Notes under the pieces: model-generated
What the model saw: only the letters and a program-made list of their open reading frames with translations
Databases searched by the model: none
What the model was told of the DNA's origin: nothing
Translations under genes and position numbers: made by a program
In this document: positions 28,305 to 37,506 of the stretch, in pieces
Layout: each line of letters begins with the position of its first letter
How positions within the stretch are numbered: position 1 is the stretch's first letter
NCBI GenBank assembly: GCA_014728035.1
Contig: WJMJ01000100.1
Location: forward strand, 1 to 49,642
DNA: 49,642 bases
Source of the DNA: Promethearchaeota archaeon
Lineage (GTDB): Archaea; Asgardarchaeota; Thorarchaeia; Thorarchaeales; Thorarchaeaceae
Direction of reading: 5' to 3'

Positions 28305-30125
28305 ATGACAGGTGAATGCTGGACTAAAAAAGCGCTCTGGGTTAATCTTAGTGATGGTACTACTCGCGTAGAAGCACTTGAGGATGAAGTCCTCGAGAAA
28401 TTTCTCGGAGGAAAAGGTCTTGGTGCCTATCTGCTGTACAAACATGTAGATAACTCTACAAAACCTCTAGATCCTGAGAATGTTCTTTTCTTTCTAACTG
28501 GGCCTTTACAGGGCTTACCTGCTCCTAATTCGGGGAGATGGACTCTTGTCACAAAATCTCCATTGACCGGATTGTTTCTCGATACGCACTGTGGTGGTGC
28601 TCTTGGTAGAGAGATAAAACAATCTGGATATGATGTGCTTTGTGTAACTGGAAAAGCTAAAAATCCAAGCATCTTAGTGGTCGAAGATGATTCAATACAG
28701 ATTCGTTCAGCATCAGAATTCTGGGGAAAAGGAGTATATGAAACAACCAATACTCTCAAAGAACAAGTGTCTAACCGATCATCAATCTATACAATTGGTC
28801 CAGCAGGAGAGAATTTGGTTAAAATAGCAACAGGATGTTGTGAGATAGCTCATCAAACAGGACGTGGAGGAGCGGGAGCTGTAATGGGGTCAAAGCATCT
28901 CAAGGCGGTTGCAGTTCGAGGAACAAAGAAAAACCAAGCGCATGACATGAAAACAATTAGGGAAATATACAAGGAACGACTTGCACATTGGAAGGAGAAA
29001 GAATCAGAGTTTAAAGATCATGGAACCACATTCCTAGTCGCTCTTGCTAACTCTCGAGGAATGTACCCTACAAGAAATTGGCAAAGTGGATTCTTTGAAG
29101 ACTTTGAGGGGCTTGATGCAGATAAGATGGAAGAGAAATTTGGACTTGGTGTTCATCATTCTTGTCCTATTTGTTTTTTGAGATGTACTCATGCTTTTAG
29201 ATCTAATAATCCAAATAATCCTGATGAAGAAGTCGAATCTATGACTGAATATGAGACTCTGGGCATGCTTGGAGGGAATATAGGGATAAGTAACCCTGAG
29301 AGTGTGTTTCGTCTTAACTATCTATGTGATGACCTCGGGCTTGACACCATTAGTACTGGATCAACTATCGCATTCATTACTGAAGCAGTAGAAAAAGGAT
29401 TCATTTCTGATGACCGAATTGGTTTCACTCCTAAATTTGGCGATGAAAAAAGTGTAATTCGTTTGATTCAAATGATTGCTTACCGTGAAGGGATTGGAGA
29501 TATTCTAGCTGAAGGTACAAGAAGCGCTGCTGAAGTCTTGGGGCATAATACGGATACTCTAGCGGTCCATGTCAAAGGTCTCGAAACTGCTGCTTGGGAT
29601 CCACGGGGGAGAAAAGGACTAGGAATGTCCTATGCAACTGCAGCTGTTGGAGCAAGTCATCTGCGTGGATGGCCAGATACTCTTGATTTACCAGATAGTT
29701 CCGCTGTTCCGGTCATCCAATCAATGATTTCTGCACGTGACGAGAAATTCCTCACTGATTCAATGATAGTGTGTCATTTTACCTATCATATCCCATTGAC
29801 CAAGGATCACAAGCTCAAGCTAATTAATGCAGCCACTGGCCTCGATATGAAAGAGGATGATATTGCTATATTTGGACAACGGATCGAAACACTTGCTAGA
29901 ATGTATAATATTCGTGAAGGAGCAAGTAGAAGTGATGATAAGCTACCACCGCGATTTTGGAAGCCTGAAAAGACTGGTCCTGCAAAAGGAATGAAAGCAT
30001 TTATGGATAGAGATGATTTTGAGCGTAGTCTTAATAGATTTTATGAGATTCGTGGATGGGATATGGAAGGTGTTCCTACAGAGAAAACTTTGGAAGAATT
30101 GCGATTGCAAGATCACATAAAATAA
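28305..30125 (+). CDS. aor: aldehyde:ferredoxin oxidoreductase family (W/Mo-pterin)
   Basis: FLGGKGLG, KSPLTG, GRGGAGAVMGSKHLKA, CPICFLRC, EYET, CDDLGLDTIS and DPRGRKG. Confidence 0.93.
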   Translation: MTGECWTKKALWVNLSDGTTRVEALEDEVLEKFLGGKGLGAYLLYKHVDNSTKPLDPENVLFFLTGPLQGLPAPNSGRWTLVTKSPLTGLFLDTHCGGALGREIKQSGYDVLCVTGKAKNPSILVVEDDSIQIRSASEFWGKGVYETTNTLKEQVSNRSSIYTIGPAGENLVKIATGCCEIAHQTGRGGAGAVMGSKHLKAVAVRGTKKNQAHDMKTIREIYKERLAHWKEKESEFKDHGTTFLVALANSRGMYPTRNWQSGFFEDFEGLDADKMEEKFGLGVHHSCPICFLRCTHAFRSNNPNNPDEEVESMTEYETLGMLGGNIGISNPESVFRLNYLCDDLGLDTISTGSTIAFITEAVEKGFISDDRIGFTPKFGDEKSVIRLIQMIAYREGIGDILAEGTRSAAEVLGHNTDTLAVHVKGLETAAWDPRGRKGLGMSYATAAVGASHLRGWPDTLDLPDSSAVPVIQSMISARDEKFLTDSMIVCHFTYHIPLTKDHKLKLINAATGLDMKEDDIAIFGQRIETLARMYNIREGASRSDDKLPPRFWKPEKTGPAKGMKAFMDRDDFERSLNRFYEIRGWDMEGVPTEKTLEELRLQDHIK

Positions 30126-30175
30126 TCTACTTGGTCACATATCATAGGTTTACAACTGAAGTACGATTCATGAAA

Positions 30176-30628
30176 TCATCTATAGAATGGACGTTCTTTG
30201 AAGTGTTTTCGTAGATGAATCGTCTTACCCAACTCAAGAAAGTTCAGTATATTGTACAAACTTCTCATCTCTGAGCGGTCTTCACTCACAAAGACATCTA
30301 GAGCGCGTAGTCCCTTTTTCTTTCCAATATCAAATAGATGATTCATCATTTTCTCTCCTAGGTCGGATTTCTCATATTCATCCTCTACTTCGAAATGTTG
30401 AATGTATCCGATTTTTCCAATGGACTCATCAACCACCACATCAAGCTTAAGAGCAGCAATAATAGCTTCATCAGAAACTGCAATAATGAACATAGTTTCC
30501 TTGCTGGAACCTGTTGAAAAGTGCGGTGATCTAATTGAGAGTGCTTGAAAATTTAGACCTTCACGAGAGTAAAATCTATCTAAAGCCTGTCGGTCTCGTG
30601 CTGTCGCAAGTCGTACTTCTATATCCAT
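30176..30628 (-). CDS. GNAT-family N-acetyltransferase
   Basis: IEVRLAT..D, GYIQHFEVEDEYEKSDLGEKMM (degenerate motif A), SLYNILNF. GGAGG RBS upstream. Confidence 0.75.
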   Translation of the reverse strand: MDIEVRLATARDRQALDRFYSREGLNFQALSIRSPHFSTGSSKETMFIIAVSDEAIIAALKLDVVVDESIGKIGYIQHFEVEDEYEKSDLGEKMMNHLFDIGKKKGLRALDVFVSEDRSEMRSLYNILNFLELGKTIHLRKHFKERPFYR

Positions 30629-30745
30629 TGGGTAACCTCCTGTTTTTTAAATAGTACAAATGATAGAAATGTTGTGGTAGCATCGCTTTTCAACTAGATG
30701 GTAGAGTTGATATTGTCTTTCTAAGAATATTATGCTGTGAACCAT

Positions 30746-30853
30746 ATGCTGAAGGACACAAGTGAACCTGATTTGCTTTTATTCTTGATACTAGTAGTTT
30801 CACTCATACTGTTGTTGGTATGTCTAGCTCTGGTTTATCTTCCACTTATTTGA
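30746..30853 (+). CDS. 35-aa single-TM microprotein (not in ORF track)
   Basis: MLKDTSEPDLLLFLILVVSLILLLVCLALVYLPLI*. Fills the GNAT-MinD gap and stops 8 nt from the convergent MinD stop. Confidence 0.5.
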   Translation: MLKDTSEPDLLLFLILVVSLILLLVCLALVYLPLI

Positions 30854-30861
30854 AAGAGAAT

Positions 30862-31617
30862 CTATTTCATTATCTCGTAGATATCTTGGACACATTCTGT
30901 AAATTTGCTCTCAGGATGCTTTAAAGTAACAACATATCTGCTTCCTACTTCTATTAGAATTGGCAGAAGTGGAATAATTGTTGCAACTCTGGTTTTGAAC
31001 TTCCTTTCAACTTCTTTTATGATTGCCTTGTCTTCGTATATACTTGGTTTCTTATTGATCACAATTCTAATGTCTGGAACCTGTAACTTTCTAGCTACAC
31101 TTAGAGTTGCAGCTGTACCAAGAAGGTCCTGTTCATCAATTCTAGCTACAACAAAGAGATTGTCAGCTGTAGCCATTGATAGGAGTGTTTCTCTATCAAG
31201 ACCTGGATGAGTATCAATAATCAGATAGTCCAAATCTTTTACTTTCAGAACTTCATTAAATCCGTTTTTCAAATCACTGACTTCATAACCTTCACGTAGA
31301 ATTCTTGTGATGTCAGTGGCTGTCATAGAGCTTGGAATAAGGAAAAGTTTTCCATCTCTAATACCCAGACTCTTGGTAAGATCCACACAAGTATCGCCGA
31401 TATCACATTTCCCTCTCAAATAGTCATTCAAGGTAAATTTCATTTTCTCATGACCTTTTCCAAAGATCACGTGTATACCAGGAGATGCCATGTCAGTATC
31501 CATTACAGCAACTCTCTTTCCATCTAGAGCTGCTATTGCTGCAAGATTTGCTGCTATGTTAGACTTACCAGTTCCTCCTCGGAAGCTATGAATTGATACA
31601 ATTTTTCCTGCCATCAT
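30862..31617 (-). CDS. MinD/ParA-family ATPase (HSFRGGTGKS subfamily)
   Basis: Deviant Walker A SFRGGTGKS, VMDTDMASPG, IIDTHPG, VINK. ATG at 31617 overlaps the upstream TGA (ATGA). Confidence 0.9.
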   Translation of the reverse strand: MMAGKIVSIHSFRGGTGKSNIAANLAAIAALDGKRVAVMDTDMASPGIHVIFGKGHEKMKFTLNDYLRGKCDIGDTCVDLTKSLGIRDGKLFLIPSSMTATDITRILREGYEVSDLKNGFNEVLKVKDLDYLIIDTHPGLDRETLLSMATADNLFVVARIDEQDLLGTAATLSVARKLQVPDIRIVINKKPSIYEDKAIIKEVERKFKTRVATIIPLLPILIEVGSRYVVTLKHPESKFTECVQDIYEIMK

Positions 31618-32891
31618 TTTACACCTGGTCGCTTTACCCATTTGACTTGTTTTCCAAGGGTTCTTAATACTTCAATTATCCTAGACGCTGGAGTTCCTGT
31701 TTTCTTAGCAATCTCTTTTACTGAGTTTTGACTGTCACAGTATCTCCATATGGAATTTAGTATATCATAGTTATTCTTAGGTATTCCGATTACCTCTAAA
31801 TAAGCAGTAAATCTTTCATCTTTTTCCTCTAGAAGAGGAAATAACGAGGCTACTCGCACAATACCTTTTGAAATAAGATGAGCTATGACTTCATCGGATT
31901 CCGAACGAGTGAGTCCTGCTTCTTCTTGTATCTCTATAATTGTTGTCGTATCATCTATGAGTCTGAGAACACCTGTTGCACGTGATCGTAATTTGGATGA
32001 CAAGCTACCAAAAATGACTTTGGCATTTTGAAGAACTCTTTCTACTGGCATTAGAGGTACCAAGACATCATATTCATAGAATGCCAAAATCTCATCACGT
32101 TTTGATGGATACATCAACTTTACACTTCTGAAATCAATCTCATGCAAAATGTTACGGACTATCTTTACTAGTTGCATGTAATCTTCGATATCTTTTCCGG
32201 ATTCAACAATATAGGCGTGGACACACTCGTGTGTTTTGCTGATAAAAAATGAGTCGCCTTCATCCAACGCTGGATGGTCGATCATAATCGGATTTTTTGT
32301 TTCTCCACTATTAAAGTCCGAAATGATATCTAAAATATCTTCAAGCTCATATGCTGTGAAATCTGAAAAAATGATGTGCCCACCTTGGATAATGATTGCT
32401 ATTCGTTTTATGAATGGATGCTCCTCTGTCTTCTTAATTGATTTTCTTAGCAATCTGATTTCTTCAGTAGGAAGTAGTGCTGTTTTATATCTCCTAGCAA
32501 GACCTGGCACACCACTAAATTTCTGAAGGGTAAGCTCTACTACATCGAGAAAATCCTCGAACTCTCTTGGTCTCACCGAATCTGAAGCGAGTTTGTCATA
32601 ATAATTCTTCACAAACTGTTCGTACAGCTCTTGCAGCACGACTCTATAAATCTCCTCGCTATCCCTCTCTGCTACGAGAGCAATAAAATATAGATCACCT
32701 CGGTATACCCAGACAAACTTGTTTTCTGCAAATTCCATGACGGTTATCTTTTCTTTGCTCATATGTTCTGCCATTGACCCAATAGCTGATAAGAAAGCTG
32801 AAACTATCTCATCCAATTGTCTAGTGCCACTGACGCTGTAATGAAATAGTGGAATACCAGTGTCTCGTAGCACGACAATCTCCTTAACCAT
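31614..32891 (-). CDS. longin-domain protein with second longin/roadblock-like domain and two C-terminal winged helices
   Basis: N-terminal IVVLRDTGIPLFHY...IVSAFLSAIGSMA...LQELYEQF..Y pattern. C-terminal LIDDTTTIIEI...LISKGIV and CDSQNSVKEIAKK. ATG at 32891 has a GGAG RBS. Confidence 0.78.
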   Translation of the reverse strand: MVKEIVVLRDTGIPLFHYSVSGTRQLDEIVSAFLSAIGSMAEHMSKEKITVMEFAENKFVWVYRGDLYFIALVAERDSEEIYRVVLQELYEQFVKNYYDKLASDSVRPREFEDFLDVVELTLQKFSGVPGLARRYKTALLPTEEIRLLRKSIKKTEEHPFIKRIAIIIQGGHIIFSDFTAYELEDILDIISDFNSGETKNPIMIDHPALDEGDSFFISKTHECVHAYIVESGKDIEDYMQLVKIVRNILHEIDFRSVKLMYPSKRDEILAFYEYDVLVPLMPVERVLQNAKVIFGSLSSKLRSRATGVLRLIDDTTTIIEIQEEAGLTRSESDEVIAHLISKGIVRVASLFPLLEEKDERFTAYLEVIGIPKNNYDILNSIWRYCDSQNSVKEIAKKTGTPASRIIEVLRTLGKQVKWVKRPGVK

Positions 32892-32974
32892 AATGGCGTT
32901 CCTCTCTCCACTATGAGAATACACTTTTCTCTGATAAATAATTTGTATGAGATATGTACGTTTCTAGTTGACAA

Positions 32975-33931
32975 TTAACGATGAGATATGTCTACTACTT
33001 GGACTAAATTCCACTTGACTTCATTTCCAAGTTTATCTAAAACGTCATAGAGCCGTTCAGATGTCACTCCAAGCTTATCACTGATTTCAACAATGTATCT
33101 CTCGCCGTTACACAATGATTTTGCTCTTCTAAGAAGCTGATAATCTTTTCTGGGAAGGCCAATTATATCTAGGTAAGCATCAAATCGCGAATCATCGTCT
33201 TTTATATATGGACACATTTTTGATACGGTTAAGATGCCCCATATAGCAAGATATTCGATAACTTCAGATATTTCTTCTTCTTCAATTCCTAGATTATCAC
33301 GTATTACATAGACTGGTTTTTCTCCGTTAATCGAGTCTAATACATTGGTACCTAGATTTCCAAATTCTCGATGAAGCTCATCAAGAAATCCTTCACTCTT
33401 CGCAGCTTGCATTGCTTTGGGATTGATTTTCGGAATAACAAATGGGCTCAGATTTGAGGTGGTAGCCAGTATTCTCTCATAATAAGCCAATGCTGTTTCC
33501 ACGATTTCCTTAAATCCAAGAAAGTCTTCTTCGACAAAAACTCCTCCAACCATTTTATTGCTATATTTCTGGATGAATTTCCTTCCAAGCTCTTTTAACA
33601 CTGCTCGAAGAACTTTTTTTGGAGCTCCAGTGGTTGAGAGAAATACAAATATGCAATCTTGTTCAACTTGTTCATATAGAAGTTCAGAGCCTTCAAAGGA
33701 AAGACTTTGGACCGAACGTTCTCCAAACTCAGTGGCAAAACTTGAGATTGCGGATAGAAACCCTGATAGTAATTCATCTAATCGTCGACTTCCATCCTCT
33801 GAATAATGAAATAGAGGCACACCTCCGGTTTTCAAGACCATGAACTCATGGATTCCTAGTTTACCTGCCAACGAGTTTTTCACCTGTCTAGTAGTGCTTT
33901 TGTTTTGTAGAGTAATTAGGTTTGAGGTCAT
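32975..33931 (-). CDS. longin-domain protein with two C-terminal winged helices (paralog of downstream gene)
   Basis: FMVLKTGGVPLFHY...LLSGFLSAISSFA...LKELGRKFIQKY, INGEKPV...LAIWGIL and CNGERYIVEISDKLG. Confidence 0.8.
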   Translation of the reverse strand: MTSNLITLQNKSTTRQVKNSLAGKLGIHEFMVLKTGGVPLFHYSEDGSRRLDELLSGFLSAISSFATEFGERSVQSLSFEGSELLYEQVEQDCIFVFLSTTGAPKKVLRAVLKELGRKFIQKYSNKMVGGVFVEEDFLGFKEIVETALAYYERILATTSNLSPFVIPKINPKAMQAAKSEGFLDELHREFGNLGTNVLDSINGEKPVYVIRDNLGIEEEEISEVIEYLAIWGILTVSKMCPYIKDDDSRFDAYLDIIGLPRKDYQLLRRAKSLCNGERYIVEISDKLGVTSERLYDVLDKLGNEVKWNLVQVVDISHR

Positions 33932-34068
33932 AGATACTCGTTTTCAAGGTATCGGGTACATCTATATGAACACCTACAAAACACAATTATACTTCTTTTT
34001 CTCAATCATGTCAACGCACGAAGTTACTTAACTGATACTCAATTTGAGCGACAGATTGATTTGGTTTA

Positions 34069-35658
34069 TTGGTGAATAGTATGCTTGAATATCGAAGTTT
34101 TCCAACTAGAAAATCTGTAATTTTCGTAATGTTTTCCCCTGTCTTTGCATTCTTTATTTACAATATTAGTCGATTATCAACAGGTACGTTATTTTCTAAT
34201 GGTACTAATGAAACTCTACTTCTTGGCTTTGGTGCTCTTGCCGCAATTGTATCAATACTGATCTGCGGACAGATCGTAGATAGAACCAAGTATACATATT
34301 GGACTCTTTTCATTGGCAGTGTTAGTGCTCCTGCACTTAGTCTAGTTGCTAATCTTTTGGGATTCCCTAGTGCTTATTCACCGATACTTGAAACAATAGT
34401 TGTCCTCTTTTTATTCTCCGGAATTGGTTTTGCCCTATTGTCTTGGATGGTCTTGTTGAATAGAACTGTGGTATTACGTTTCAGAGCTCGTGTTGTTGCT
34501 GTCTTTCTAACAATCACACTTCTTCTGGTAATGACTTATTCTTGGTCGAATGCTAATGGGATATCTTTGTGGGTTGGCCCAGTTCCTATACCTGAATTAG
34601 CTGCTCTAGTTGGTGTTATTGCAAATATATCGATCAAAATGTGGAAATGGAAACATTATCCGTTAGCGGTAAAAGAAAGTCCAACTCCATATTTTGTTGC
34701 AGTTGCTTTACTTCTTGGAAGTCATTTACTCTGGTATTTCTCAACACGGATTAGAATTGCTCAACTTTTTGATAGTGTTGGTGATTCCTCCTATGCTTCA
34801 CTCGTTAATCACGCTGGACTTGGTGCTTTTGAGCTTATTCCTCTAATTATTGGTGTTATCGCTGCTGGTTATATCTCCGACATAAGAGGCAGAAAGACAG
34901 CATACAGTATCGTAGTATTGTTTTTTGGATTTCTGGCAATCTTTGGCTCGACATTTTACGGGTTGCAGAATGGGTCAGTGAGACTATTCTCAGTACCACT
35001 CCTTATTTGGGAACGACTGGTCGAAGGATTCCTTTTAGGACTCTGTCTTCTCCTAGTTTGGTCTGAAATGGATACGCCAAAAGAAAAAGGAAGAAGACTC
35101 TCCTATGTATGGATTTTCTTCCTAGGATACATGTCTCTATTCTGGGCACTATCTCTTGGTGTTCCATTCGGTGAACCTCCACAGATTATTGGAGCTGTTG
35201 GAACTGAATTTGCTATTTTCCTTTCGCTTATAGGTTTGTATAGAACTGGGCATTTGCCTGTATTGTATGGCCGAGAGATGGAGATGGAAGATTTCGAACT
35301 AGGATTTGATGAGGGTCAAGTCAGAGAAACAGTCGAGGCTTATCTTGGTGATGAGGATGTCGCGTCTATTCGCCATCAACTTGTAATTATGGATGCAGCT
35401 GATGATATGAGTGACAAGGAACTCAGCGATATTCTTGGTGAAGATATCCGAGAGGTTCTTCCTCTAACAAGAGTAAAAGGCATTGGAAAAGCACTGGAAA
35501 AGAAACTCATCGAAGCCGGTTACAAATCGGCAGCTCAACTAGCTGGGGAAACAGCCCCCAGACTTGCTGAGAAGGTGCCAGGAATAAGTATCAAAAAAGC
35601 TGAAAAAATCTTAAAGAATGCTCGTGAGATATCAAAATCAGCTCTTTCAAAGGAGTAA
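34069..35658 (+). CDS. MFS-like polytopic membrane protein fused to C-terminal helix-hairpin-helix domain
   Basis: About 12 TM helices with MFS motif-A-like GQIVDRT and GYISDIRGRK, an acidic linker, then LTRVKGIGKALEKKLIEAGY...VPGISIKKAEKI. Confidence 0.78.
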   Translation: MVNSMLEYRSFPTRKSVIFVMFSPVFAFFIYNISRLSTGTLFSNGTNETLLLGFGALAAIVSILICGQIVDRTKYTYWTLFIGSVSAPALSLVANLLGFPSAYSPILETIVVLFLFSGIGFALLSWMVLLNRTVVLRFRARVVAVFLTITLLLVMTYSWSNANGISLWVGPVPIPELAALVGVIANISIKMWKWKHYPLAVKESPTPYFVAVALLLGSHLLWYFSTRIRIAQLFDSVGDSSYASLVNHAGLGAFELIPLIIGVIAAGYISDIRGRKTAYSIVVLFFGFLAIFGSTFYGLQNGSVRLFSVPLLIWERLVEGFLLGLCLLLVWSEMDTPKEKGRRLSYVWIFFLGYMSLFWALSLGVPFGEPPQIIGAVGTEFAIFLSLIGLYRTGHLPVLYGREMEMEDFELGFDEGQVRETVEAYLGDEDVASIRHQLVIMDAADDMSDKELSDILGEDIREVLPLTRVKGIGKALEKKLIEAGYKSAAQLAGETAPRLAEKVPGISIKKAEKILKNAREISKSALSKE

Positions 35659-35662
35659 GGGA

Positions 35663-36517
35663 TCATTTCCCTAACTCTTTTCTTTCAGAAATTTTTCCAT
35701 CTGATTTGTGAGAGGTTCTTAAGACTGAATCTCTACTTTTTTCAATCTCTCTAGCTTCATCTACTAGAAGTGCAGCTGACCTCATCAATTCATGTCCAGC
35801 AGCAACTAATGGAATATATCTTTTAGAATCCGATTCTCTGAAACATGCTCTAGTAGTTATACCACTGACCTCCTTAGCCATACGAAAAGCAGCATAAGCT
35901 TTTGCCTCAGCATATGGATTTTCATACCCTCCGTATTCGTAAACTACATCTTCTGTTATTTTTTTCGTTGGTAGGAGCACCTTGTTTATTTTTATACCTT
36001 CAATCATACTATCAATTATTTCATGCAACGCACGGAACACTCCCGTAGCTGCTAAAACTTTTAGGACATCAGCATTATACATAACCATCTCTGTTGGATC
36101 TAAGAACTCTCTTCTTGCTCCAATCATTGAATCCGCAGTTATTATGATAAATCCTTGATTGACTAGGGTATAGGGTTCTTTTTGTCCTTCTTCGTTTTTC
36201 TTATAAAATGCTTTTGATGCTGGTGCGTCTGAAATAGTCAATGTGGTTATTGTTGATTTTTCAAGTAGCTTTCTAGCTAACTTTGGACCTTTCAATGCGG
36301 CATTTGGTGAAACTATAATGACCAAATCTGGCCTTTCTTGAATCATCTGACTTGTTGCTGCTTCACATGCTTCTGGTTTCATTGAAGAACCAGTTCCAAT
36401 GACTTTCACTGAAATATCTTCACGATCAGCTCGTTCATCAATAATCATCTCTAGGAGAGGTGTTGCACCTATACAGCCGAATTTCAGTATGCCAATGTTG
36501 ATCATCGTGATACCCAT
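35663..36517 (-). CDS. mtd: F420-dependent methylene-H4MPT dehydrogenase
   Basis: KFGCIG, DERADREDI, SPNAALKGP, DSMIGARREFLDPTEM, NPYAEAKA and RTSH..DG. Confidence 0.93.
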   Translation of the reverse strand: MGITMINIGILKFGCIGATPLLEMIIDERADREDISVKVIGTGSSMKPEACEAATSQMIQERPDLVIIVSPNAALKGPKLARKLLEKSTITTLTISDAPASKAFYKKNEEGQKEPYTLVNQGFIIITADSMIGARREFLDPTEMVMYNADVLKVLAATGVFRALHEIIDSMIEGIKINKVLLPTKKITEDVVYEYGGYENPYAEAKAYAAFRMAKEVSGITTRACFRESDSKRYIPLVAAGHELMRSAALLVDEAREIEKSRDSVLRTSHKSDGKISERKELGK

Positions 36518-36570
36518 CCATATATGGTATTAGTCCGAGTATTCCGTTACCTCTTGAAAAATCCTTCTGA

Positions 36571-37506
36571 CTATTTTTCCTCTGGAGTAAATTCTGGGGT
36601 TGGTTCATACGCGAGACCCGTACCCCCTAGTAGATCAGTAATCTTGAGTCGTTTTTCACAGAGTGCACAAAAGAATACAATTTTTGGGTCAGCTGATGCA
36701 GCGCCACATTCATTGCATAAAGATTCAACATCAATCACCGATAATTCAGAAACTTTTACGGGGTCTCTACAGGCAGTACAGATTACTTCTGATAATTCAT
36801 CTACAATTACGACATGTGTTTGTTTACTACATTCTGGACAATAAATATTGTAGACATTGTGTAATTTTTCTGATTCACATTTTGGACAGAGGAGTTTGAA
36901 TTCTACTTCATGCCCTCCGCATTGTCTGCAACTAATAACTCTACCATAGGTTTTTCTCTGCAAGACTCCTTCTTTTTCAAGATCTTCAAGCATTCTAGCT
37001 ACCTCTTCTTCATCATTTCCCAAATAATTAGATGCTTCAGGATACCTGATGATGCTCTTCAAAATGGATTTTGGACGAATCTTTTCGATACGCCCTTCTA
37101 TTAAATCCGTGATAAGTGTCTTTACATTTGGATTTGTAAGAAGTTCATCTCCAGTTGTTTCTTGTATGAGCTCATTCAAGGTATTATATGCTCGACGGAT
37201 TTCTGTTTCCCAGTCCTCAGTATTGAAATTCAAATGTGGTACTAGACGCATCAAGTTTCTCTCGATAATTGCGGTGTCTTCGTCATCCTTTATAACCACT
37301 GCAATGCAAATGGGACTATCCAAATAGGACACAACTAACCCTCTCTTCAGTTTGGTATATCCTATCTCGGATTCCATGTTTGCTCCATGTCCCATGAATA
37401 TTACAACTGCTTCTTCTGTAGTCAGAACAATTTCTTCTGGATAACTTCTTCCCACTGATGGGCCAAGTTTGTTGTCCCACCAAATAACATGCATCGATTT
37501 AGGCAT
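36571..37506 (-). CDS. uDENN/longin-like domain fused to TackOD1-like wHTH + multi-zinc-ribbon domain
   Basis: N-terminal WWDNKLGP...YP. C-terminal LEDLEKEGVL followed by six CxxC pairs (CRQC, CPKC, CPEC, CTAC, CNEC, CALC). Confidence 0.72.
   Translation of the reverse strand: MPKSMHVIWWDNKLGPSVGRSYPEEIVLTTEEAVVIFMGHGANMESEIGYTKLKRGLVVSYLDSPICIAVVIKDDEDTAIIERNLMRLVPHLNFNTEDWETEIRRAYNTLNELIQETTGDELLTNPNVKTLITDLIEGRIEKIRPKSILKSIIRYPEASNYLGNDEEEVARMLEDLEKEGVLQRKTYGRVISCRQCGGHEVEFKLLCPKCESEKLHNVYNIYCPECSKQTHVVIVDELSEVICTACRDPVKVSELSVIDVESLCNECGAASADPKIVFFCALCEKRLKITDLLGGTGLAYEPTPEFTPEEK

Noticed and set aside
35663-36517. mtd (with the FrhB-family gene) as evidence of methanogenesis
   Set aside because: Mtd and FrhB-family proteins occur in the H4MPT Wood-Ljungdahl branch of non-methanogenic archaea, and no mcr genes are in the window.
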